The notes below the pieces were generated by a model. That model saw nothing but the letters and a program-made list of their open reading frames with translations, was not told where the DNA came from and did no database searches. The translations under genes and the position numbers were made by a program. A stretch of DNA of 64,000 nt from Methanobacteriota archaeon (GTDB lineage Archaea > Halobacteriota > Methanomicrobia > Methanomicrobiales > Methanomicrobiaceae), in assembly GCA_016841485.1 (NCBI GenBank), contig JAENZA010000002.1, forward strand, positions 30,927 through 94,926, written 5' to 3'. Positions 57,261 through 64,000 of the stretch are shown here, one piece after another; position 1 is the stretch's first letter; every line of letters starts with the position of its first letter.

Positions 57261-57365
57261 ATAAAGGGCTGCAAAATTGCCCTGACCAATTCTCATTCTG
57301 CCGAAATAGGTAATGTGAGACCGACCGGGAGAACGGAGAAGCCGAAGAGAAAAAGAAGGTGATTG

Positions 57366-60300
57366 TTATTCGGTTTCATTGTCCTTGGGGAGCTCTCCGT
57401 TCTCTTCCTCCGGTTTCAATTGTTCCGTCCCCCCGCTCATGTTTGCTTCTGCTCCTGTTCCTGTTTTATCTTCCGCGGTCATGACTTCCTTGCTGTCCGT
57501 TCCGTCCGCTCCGTCCGCTCCGTCGGTTCCCACCGGCATGATCATCAGGACATAGGCGGTGATGTCGTCGATCTTCCGGGTAATGTGCTCCTGGGCGGTC
57601 TCGTCGACGATCCAGTCGTCCTTTGCCTTGCCGTCGACATACCCGTCCGCCTTCTCGCGTATATTGTTGTTAAGGGCCTGCACGAACCCGTTCCATTCCT
57701 CGTCGGCGATCATCGCGTCGAGGGCGATGAACATATTGGCGAATGCTTTCCTGCGCTGGTCGGCATTTCCTTTGAAGGCATCATCAGTAAGTCCCTGGAT
57801 ATAGTCTGCAAGATCCTCTCTTGCCTCGGCAAAGGTGGCGACGATAATCTGGATGGCGACGGTGTCCGTCCCCCCGTCATCATCGGTGACAGTGAGCTCC
57901 ATCGTGTACGTCCCCGGCGCAGGGTAGACATACGTAACATTGCGGGTGGTGGCATCGATCGTCCCGTTCCCGTTGAGGTCCCATGCATAGGTCCAGCTGT
58001 CACATCCGGGATCGGTGATGATCGCGTCACCGGTCGTAGGCAACAGCGGCAGGATGAACTGCCTGTTCGGCTGATAGAGGTCGATACCGGCCTCCGGGTC
58101 CACATTTTCGACCTGAACAGAGGCGAAGGCGGTACTGGTGAGGCCTGTCACATCAACGACCTGGACGTATGCCGTCCCGGTGTAGTCATCGCACCAGAGG
58201 TACGTGAGCGTGGGATCTGCCGACCATGCTGTATCCCAGAAACCATCGCCGTTCAGGTCCCAGCGATAGGAAAGCTTGTCCCCGTCGGGGTCCCAGGAAC
58301 CGGAGGCATCCAGCGTGACCGGCGTGCCCTCGTTCGTCTGGTAGGGGCCGTTTGCATTTGCCACCGGTGGCTGCCCGGTGTCATCGAGGGGGTCGGTGCC
58401 CGCGGCAACCTCATCGCCGTCGCTCACCCCGTCACCGTCGGTATCGAGATTGTGGGGATTCGTCCCGTACCGGGCCTCGTCGAAGTTGATGAGGCCGTCG
58501 CCGTCGTTGTCATCGGCAGCGTCCGCGGTGTAGCCCGGGTGCAGCCCGAAGGTATCCTCGTAGTCGTCCGTCATCCCGTCGCAGTCGGAGTCCGCCAGCA
58601 CGGTGATGGCCGCCTCACGGATTGTCGTATGTCCCTGCGGGTCGGAAACCTCCAGCCGTACGGTGTGCATCCCCGGTTCCAGCGGTGCAACGTCCACACG
58701 GGTGCCAGTGCCTTTCGGACTTTCGTCAATATACCAGGAAGAGGTCAGGCTGCCCCCGTCGGGATCGTAGGCATATCCCCTGAGCATGATTTTACTGCAT
58801 TCGAGTACCGTTCTGCCGTCATGGGGTTCTACAATGATGGCTATCGGGGGTTTGCCCCCGATGCTGAAGCCGACGGCGTTCTCGTCCTCGGCGGAGTTGA
58901 ACCCGTCCGAGGCTACTACACGGATAATCCCCATCCCTTTCGTCGCGGGGGCGGTGGCGAGGTCCCATGCGAACTCCGTCCCTCCGACACGGGTTGCGAC
59001 GACCCGCCATGTATCACCGCCATCGGGCGAGTAGTGGATGGTGTGGGTGAGGGCATCGCCGTCGGGATCGGAGGATGTCCATCTGATCATGACCTGGTCC
59101 GTCCCGCCGTATGTGTCACCCTTTGCGGGTGTGGTGAGCGTAACGGTCGGTGTTCCCTCCGAGCGGACGAATCGTTCAAGCACCGTCTCAAGGTACCTGA
59201 CCTCCACCCACGTCGTCCCGTCGGGAAGTGGGGTAACGACCTGTACCGGGATCAGACTGACGGGATAATCCTCCGGCGATCCTTCGACAACGGAGAGCTC
59301 ATCCTCTATGGAGAACGAGAATTCCCCAAGGATATCTGCCCCTCTCCCGAATACCATCGAATAGGGGCTGGTGTCATCCACATCGGTGAGCGGCAATCCC
59401 GTCATCAGGTCGGTGTGGAGGTCGTGGTCATTCGTGGCGATATTGATCCAGCCCGTGAGGACGAACCGCTCGCCATCCGTTCGGACGGCCGCCGCTTTCA
59501 CGGCAGAGGATGACGATACCCTGAGGGTATCGAAGAGGTCCTGGTAATCGTCCTGATAGTGCACCACACGGTCTGGGGCGGCATCGAGCCCCATCACGGC
59601 GTAGACATCGCCCGGAGCAACACTCTCGGTGTCGATATAGACGGCCCATGCCTTCTCCTTGGTTGCCATGTCATCAGCAGCGGGATCGGCACGTTTACAC
59701 GTGCCGGCGGTTGAGGTATAGAGTTCGGACAGGCCGCCGATATTATGCCCGAATTCATGGGGGAGGGCCGATGCGTTTCTCATCTTTATCCATGAGTAAA
59801 GCCCGCCATTGCCGTTGCCGCAGTTCCCCTGACCGGGGCCGATGTCGCCGAACCTCGAATCGTGTGCCACGAGCTCGTCCGGGAACCAGAAGGTGGCGAG
59901 GGGAAAATCATCCTCACATATCCATTCGTCACAGAATGCGGCCCGTGCATCCGCGACCGGTCCCCAGAGGATGGATTGCTGATTATTCCAGAGAAGACGG
60001 ATGTCCGCCTGCGTCTCGTCTGATTCGTCGTTACAGTAATCCCCGTCGGCATCGATGAAGAACCGGAAGGTCTCCCCCTGATCGTAGAGGTTCATATCCG
60101 TCGTCCAGGCATCAGTCTTGTCGTCGTAGAACTCGGCGATATAATGGGAGAGATCATCCGTGTCAATCGTCCCGTCATGATCGCTGTCGAGGGGGATGGC
60201 AAACTTCGCATTCTTCCATTTCGGGTGTGCTCCTGCACGGTAGATCCCGAGGGCAGTGTCGAAGGCGTAGGTGAAGGTCGCACCGCTCTGCACCGCCCCG

Positions 60301-61988
60301 CCGATCTGGTGATCATCCTGGTTGCCGCAGGCATCGATGCTTGCATTGGTCACGGCAGCGGCATCGGCGCGGGTGAGGTTGCCGCTGGCATCATGATCAA
60401 TGAAGGTCCATTCAAATCCGGTCCCCTTGCAGTAATCCGGTGTGCTGTTGACGGTTGCCATGGTGCCGTCACAAAGGGAAAACGGATCCACTTCATAAAA
60501 ATGGAAACCGCCGCTTCCGGAGTCCTGTACCGGATAGGTCCGTGTCAGAGCATAGATCTGGCGAAGGGTGTACTCGGTGTGGTTGGTGCCCATCAGACGG
60601 GGGGAATACAAACTGGCTTCCACCGGGAGGACGATCGCTTCGATGTCCCTCGTCTCTTCGAAGGTATAGTAGTCCTCGCCGTTGCACGTTGCGGTGAGGG
60701 GGTCGTCGATGGCGTTCATTCCCGCATACGGCTGGAAGGTAAATTTGTAGCTCCCCGCGGGGCTGAGCATATCTCCCGGCACCCAGAAATGGACGGATGC
60801 CATATCCGTTGGGGAATCAAATCCACTCACCAACGGGGAGTAGAGCCAGCCCTGCAGGGTGCCGACCATCGTATCTGGTCCAATCGTCTGTTGTTTCCAG
60901 ACGGTCATCTCCACCCATGAGGCATAGGAGGGCACCCCTGTGGCGGTGACATCGAGATCGATTCGTATGATGGCGGATTTTCCCGCAACCAGCGGTTCAT
61001 CGATATCACAATTGGTGTTCTGCATCACCCCGCGCTGGGTGAGATGGAACGCATCGAGCGTTGCCGCATCGGGCGTCCCCAGATCGAGGAATATCTGGTC
61101 GCTTGCCGTGGATCCATAGAGGTTCTCTGCGTAGGCGGTGACGGTATTTGCCCCTTCCTTTAATGTGACTTTCCCGGTAAAGTCGAACCAGAACCGATAG
61201 AGATCCGATGAGAAGGAGCTGTTGAGGTAGGCCTGTGCCGGTATGCCGTCGACCTGCACGGATTTTAGGATTCCACTCGTACCGATGACCCCCCCAATTG
61301 TCTGGTTCGCTTCGTTTACGGTGATGCGTTCCCAGGAAGAAACCGGGGTTCGGATCCCCATATTGATGAACGCGGATTCGTTGCAGACCGATGCCGGCCC
61401 CGTCGCGTAGTTATAGGCAAGATCGTCGATTGCCTCGGGACAGAGGGAACCACCGTAATCGATGACCACGACAGAGAAGCCATCCTCTTCGTTATCGATC
61501 TCGCATGGCGTATCGAATGCAGAGGTGACCGTCACATTCTTCTCTCCTCGCGGGATGCCCGTACAGGAATAGGCGGAGACGGTGGCGTTGATGGGGCCGG
61601 GGCATGCCCCGCCGGTGCCTGTCGTGTCAGGAACCGTTCCCAGCCACATCCCGACCCCTGAGATGGGTTTGTCGAACCATATCATGAGTGACACATTCTC
61701 GCTGTTGGAGAGCTCCCAACTGGAATAGCCGTTGACAAGGACATGCGTCGGGCTCTTTGCCGCTCCGTGCGTGACAATGCGGGGTGCCGCCCGGTAGGTG
61801 CCGCCACCTGCCGAATCACTCATGAAATGGATGTGGTCGGATGCGTACTGATCAGAGATGTAGGTGTCCGTTGCAAACTCCTCGAACGTGAGAAAGGCGT
61901 CTGCGGAAACGTCTCCAGCAGAAGCTCCTGTCACGACCAGTCCCACAACGGCGATACAGATTATCCAGAGGAATGTAATGTTGTCCAT
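57366..61988 (-). CDS. Giant secreted multidomain protein: HExxH metalloprotease-like core, Ig-like/PKD domains, Asp-rich Ca-binding repeats, helical C-terminal module
   Basis: 1540 aa. Signal peptide (FLWIICIAVVGLVVTGASA), HEFGHNIGG (nt 59745-59759), DSDCDGMTDDYED...DNDGDGLINFDE...DTDGDGVSDGDE, and two PKD-like units (GPYQTNEGTPVTLDASGSWDPDGDKLSYRWDLNGDG; YAWDLNGNG...TVTDDDGG). Confidence 0.85.
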   Translation of the reverse strand: MDNITFLWIICIAVVGLVVTGASAGDVSADAFLTFEEFATDTYISDQYASDHIHFMSDSAGGGTYRAAPRIVTHGAAKSPTHVLVNGYSSWELSNSENVSLMIWFDKPISGVGMWLGTVPDTTGTGGACPGPINATVSAYSCTGIPRGEKNVTVTSAFDTPCEIDNEEDGFSVVVIDYGGSLCPEAIDDLAYNYATGPASVCNESAFINMGIRTPVSSWERITVNEANQTIGGVIGTSGILKSVQVDGIPAQAYLNSSFSSDLYRFWFDFTGKVTLKEGANTVTAYAENLYGSTASDQIFLDLGTPDAATLDAFHLTQRGVMQNTNCDIDEPLVAGKSAIIRIDLDVTATGVPSYASWVEMTVWKQQTIGPDTMVGTLQGWLYSPLVSGFDSPTDMASVHFWVPGDMLSPAGSYKFTFQPYAGMNAIDDPLTATCNGEDYYTFEETRDIEAIVLPVEASLYSPRLMGTNHTEYTLRQIYALTRTYPVQDSGSGGFHFYEVDPFSLCDGTMATVNSTPDYCKGTGFEWTFIDHDASGNLTRADAAAVTNASIDACGNQDDHQIGGAVQSGATFTYAFDTALGIYRAGAHPKWKNAKFAIPLDSDHDGTIDTDDLSHYIAEFYDDKTDAWTTDMNLYDQGETFRFFIDADGDYCNDESDETQADIRLLWNNQQSILWGPVADARAAFCDEWICEDDFPLATFWFPDELVAHDSRFGDIGPGQGNCGNGNGGLYSWIKMRNASALPHEFGHNIGGLSELYTSTAGTCKRADPAADDMATKEKAWAVYIDTESVAPGDVYAVMGLDAAPDRVVHYQDDYQDLFDTLRVSSSSAVKAAAVRTDGERFVLTGWINIATNDHDLHTDLMTGLPLTDVDDTSPYSMVFGRGADILGEFSFSIEDELSVVEGSPEDYPVSLIPVQVVTPLPDGTTWVEVRYLETVLERFVRSEGTPTVTLTTPAKGDTYGGTDQVMIRWTSSDPDGDALTHTIHYSPDGGDTWRVVATRVGGTEFAWDLATAPATKGMGIIRVVASDGFNSAEDENAVGFSIGGKPPIAIIVEPHDGRTVLECSKIMLRGYAYDPDGGSLTSSWYIDESPKGTGTRVDVAPLEPGMHTVRLEVSDPQGHTTIREAAITVLADSDCDGMTDDYEDTFGLHPGYTADAADDNDGDGLINFDEARYGTNPHNLDTDGDGVSDGDEVAAGTDPLDDTGQPPVANANGPYQTNEGTPVTLDASGSWDPDGDKLSYRWDLNGDGFWDTAWSADPTLTYLWCDDYTGTAYVQVVDVTGLTSTAFASVQVENVDPEAGIDLYQPNRQFILPLLPTTGDAIITDPGCDSWTYAWDLNGNGTIDATTRNVTYVYPAPGTYTMELTVTDDDGGTDTVAIQIIVATFAEAREDLADYIQGLTDDAFKGNADQRRKAFANMFIALDAMIADEEWNGFVQALNNNIREKADGYVDGKAKDDWIVDETAQEHITRKIDDITAYVLMIMPVGTDGADGADGTDSKEVMTAEDKTGTGAEANMSGGTEQLKPEEENGELPKDNETE

Positions 61989-62434
61989 AGTTCACCACCT
62001 GCCTGATTGATTCTGATTCACAGCCCTGTATGCGGGCCTGGTCCAGATGCCTTTTGAACTCCGGGTCGCGTGTATTCCTGGTGTCTGAAGGTGGTTGCTG
62101 ACGGTCGTATGGCCTTGATGATATGTTTCACAGGGAGACGTATGGATCTCGATGGGTCTCCGGACGGAGGAAACCGGAGTGTGGCATGGTCAGAGCAGTT
62201 GGTCTAAGTATCCATAGGAAATATTTAATCATTTTCAGGGATTGTCAAGACGGGATACTGCATTTGGGGCTATCTGATAACTTTGACGAATGAGCCATTA
62301 TTTCATGCCTTCATTTGCACAGAATGGAATATATGACGAAAAAGCGGGATTATCCTATAACTGTCCAAAAGCCGGATTGAATGCACAATACCAGGATGAA
62401 TGGGATTGGTTCGGACCAGAGGGGTTGTCAGCAT

Positions 62435-62467
62435 AAAAAGAGGGTGGTCAATGCAGGCGGTGCCTGC
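62435..62467 (-). terminator. Hairpin plus T5 after the AI-2E-family transporter gene
   Basis: Stem gcagg/cctgc (62453-62467) followed on the minus strand by ...ctcTTTTTatgc (A5 at 62435-62439 on the plus strand). Confidence 0.4.
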
Positions 62468-62469
62468 TC

Positions 62470-63567
62470 TCAGAAGTCGTTTTTCTGCCCGGACGCAGTG
62501 GACGATGCGGGCCCGTCCGGCTTGTCCGGCTGCTCGTTGGCGAGCCATCCCCGCTTCTTTGCCGCCTTCATAATGACGAGGAACTCGGCGCCGCCGGTGA
62601 CCAGGAAGGCGAGGATGAGCGGGCCGACGATGAACCCGACGAGGCCAAGGAGCCAGATGCCGCCGAAGAACCCGATCCACATGATCGCCGGATGAATCCC
62701 GGACCGTTCCCCCATCAGCCACGGACGGAAGAAGAGGTCCGGCACGGCGCAGACCACCGGGTAGCCGATGACGGCGATGAGGGCGGCCCCCCGGTAATCA
62801 CCGAGGGAGAGCGCATAGAACCCGAGGAAGATCATGATCAGCGTCGGGCCGATGATCGGGATTAGCTGGAAGATGGCGACCACCAGCGCCCAGAAGGCGA
62901 TGTGGCCGTACCCGAGGAAATAGAAGAAGGGAATCGCAAGAACGAACGTGATAACCGCCGTTGCGATGTGGACGATATAGATGGAGTAGAGGGTGTTGAC
63001 CCCGATCTCCTTCAGGCGCCGGATGAAACTGGCAAGGGAATCGGGTACTCCCTTCGCAAGTTCGCTCCAGATGTAGTCTCCCCGGTAGGTGAAGATGAAG
63101 AGCGTCAGGAAGAGAATAATGCCTTTGAAGATCAGGCTGGTAAACGACGTAAGGAAGCCGAATAAGTTCGTTTCAAAAAACTGCATCTGTGCCTCGAGAA
63201 ATCCCGTGACGTCGACGGAAGACGTCGGCTCCTCTATGGAAAAGCCGGGGAACTGTATCCCTTTCACGGCATCGATGATGATGATGAGAATATCAGAGAG
63301 ATACTCCACATTCTGGTAGATGATATAGACGCCAAAGCCCAGTGCCGCAAAGATAAAGACGCCGACGGTGATGGTCGTTAGAAGTGCCGCCAGACTCTCC
63401 GTCATCATACGTGAAAGCCAGGTCTTGAGTGGCATGACCACGACCGCAAGAGAGATGCCGATGATGATGACGTCGAATATGGGCAGGAAGATGACGAATG
63501 CCGCCAGCAGTATGAGGGCAATGAGCGCGATGCTGATACGTTCGGTCTTGGTCAGTGGGGTTGCCAT
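62470..63567 (-). CDS. AI-2E-family transporter (UPF0118/PerM-like) membrane protein
   Basis: About 365 aa, 7-8 TM helices. The conserved-looking C-terminal part (GIHPAIMWIGFFGGIWLLGLVGFIVGPLILAF) matches my memory of the family. Start at MATPLTK (63567). Confidence 0.7.
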   Translation of the reverse strand: MATPLTKTERISIALIALILLAAFVIFLPIFDVIIIGISLAVVVMPLKTWLSRMMTESLAALLTTITVGVFIFAALGFGVYIIYQNVEYLSDILIIIIDAVKGIQFPGFSIEEPTSSVDVTGFLEAQMQFFETNLFGFLTSFTSLIFKGIILFLTLFIFTYRGDYIWSELAKGVPDSLASFIRRLKEIGVNTLYSIYIVHIATAVITFVLAIPFFYFLGYGHIAFWALVVAIFQLIPIIGPTLIMIFLGFYALSLGDYRGAALIAVIGYPVVCAVPDLFFRPWLMGERSGIHPAIMWIGFFGGIWLLGLVGFIVGPLILAFLVTGGAEFLVIMKAAKKRGWLANEQPDKPDGPASSTASGQKNDF

Positions 63568-63853
63568 GATGCTGTACGTACATGCTTCTGCATAGGTGAA
63601 AACCATTGCTGAAGTATAATATAATAATAAAATATCTTAAAAAACCGTCTTCACAGGGATAAAAATAAAATTCGGGCGTATTTTACGAATTATTCCAATC
63701 CTGTTCCGGTTCAGGCCCATTCCATACGTTTCTGTCGAACCGTTGATTGATTCAATCGGAAAATCCGATTTTACCGAATTTATGAGAAAAATTGTGAGAA
63801 TAGGAAAATTTAATCAGCTCTGGTGAAAACACCTACACATCTGGAGTTTATAG

Positions 63854-64000
63854 ATGCTGGGTGAACTGGTCAATATATTCATCGCGGCAGTACTGTGCTG
63901 GCTTCTCTTTATTGTGGTCGATGTGGCGTTCAGGCTTCCAGAAAAGGGAGGAGTGAGTGGTGCTGATGCGATTGCCTCCTCGGTGAGCAGAGCGGGGGGT
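63854..64000 (+). CDS. 5' end of a membrane protein gene (truncated by the window edge)
   Basis: ATG at 63854, MLGELVNIFIAAVLCWLLFIVVDVAF... is open to the end of the window. AT-rich promoter-like region upstream. Confidence 0.3.
   Translation, partial: MLGELVNIFIAAVLCWLLFIVVDVAFRLPEKGGVSGADAIASSVSRAGG

Noticed and set aside
57363-59513. 716-aa ORF on the plus strand
   Set aside because: It lies entirely antisense to the 1540-aa exoprotein gene. Its translation is Arg/Gly/Val/Pro-rich with no motifs. It is a typical shadow ORF of a GC-biased gene whose sense strand has clear domains.
62111-62280. Possible C/D-box sRNA (TGATGA at 62116-62121, CTGA farther on)
   Set aside because: The box spacing (over 150 nt) and the lack of terminal stem or C'/D' boxes do not fit archaeal C/D sRNAs.
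62303-62722. 139-aa minus-strand ORF overlapping the 3' end of the AI-2E transporter gene
   Set aside because: It is in a different frame from the convincing membrane protein and extends into the terminator region. Its Arg/His/Pro-rich translation is not protein-like.

Overview
This window looks like chromosomal DNA from a euryarchaeal methanogen, probably Methanomicrobia (Methanomicrobiales-like). The evidence is archaeal information-processing genes (TBP, aIF5A, two PAN ATPases, Pelota, ABCE1), an archaellum operon, a hydrogenase maturation protease and methanogen-type radical SAM families. Coding density is high and most genes are recognisable.

Main blocks:
1. Two tail-to-tail PAN paralogs (89-2979).
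2. A four-gene cluster of DUF126, rSAM/SPASM, B12-rSAM and a phosphoesterase (3017-6370).
3. A ribosome-rescue neighbourhood with Pelota, RqcH/NFACT and ABCE1 (7.7-12.8 kb).
4. A 15-kb run of same-strand motility genes: arlB, arlD/E-F-G-H-I-J, an acidic membrane ORF, a cheF-like gene, cheY-B-A-C-D and an exported beta-propeller (14.0-29.4 kb).
5. Housekeeping genes: agmatinase, aIF5A, an IMPase-family protein, NAD kinase, homoserine dehydrogenase, three FKBPs, CutA and FeoB with a DtxR-type regulator.
6. A bacterial-type uvrA-uvrC-uvrB operon next to a hypoxanthine-DNA-glycosylase-like gene.
7. An accessory-looking right end (51.6-62 kb). It holds a papain-like protease with thrombospondin type-3 repeats coupled to a DUF333 protein, a membrane gene split by an in-frame TAG, an AT-rich ORFan patch next to tRNA-Leu(UAG), a perfect 12-bp tandem repeat, and a 1540-aa HExxH/PKD/Asp-repeat exoprotein.

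I found no CRISPR array, rRNA, transposase or integrase.

The candidates I consider most worth follow-up:
- the uncharacterised acidic membrane protein embedded between arlJ and cheF
- the rSAM pair cluster
- the exported propeller coupled to cheD
- the protease/DUF333 pair
- a wHTH protein with a TiaS-like domain
- a stand-alone protein carrying the ArcS motif
- two apparent coding disruptions (a homopolymer frameshift and an in-frame amber codon)

All family assignments come from motif recognition by eye. No database search was run.
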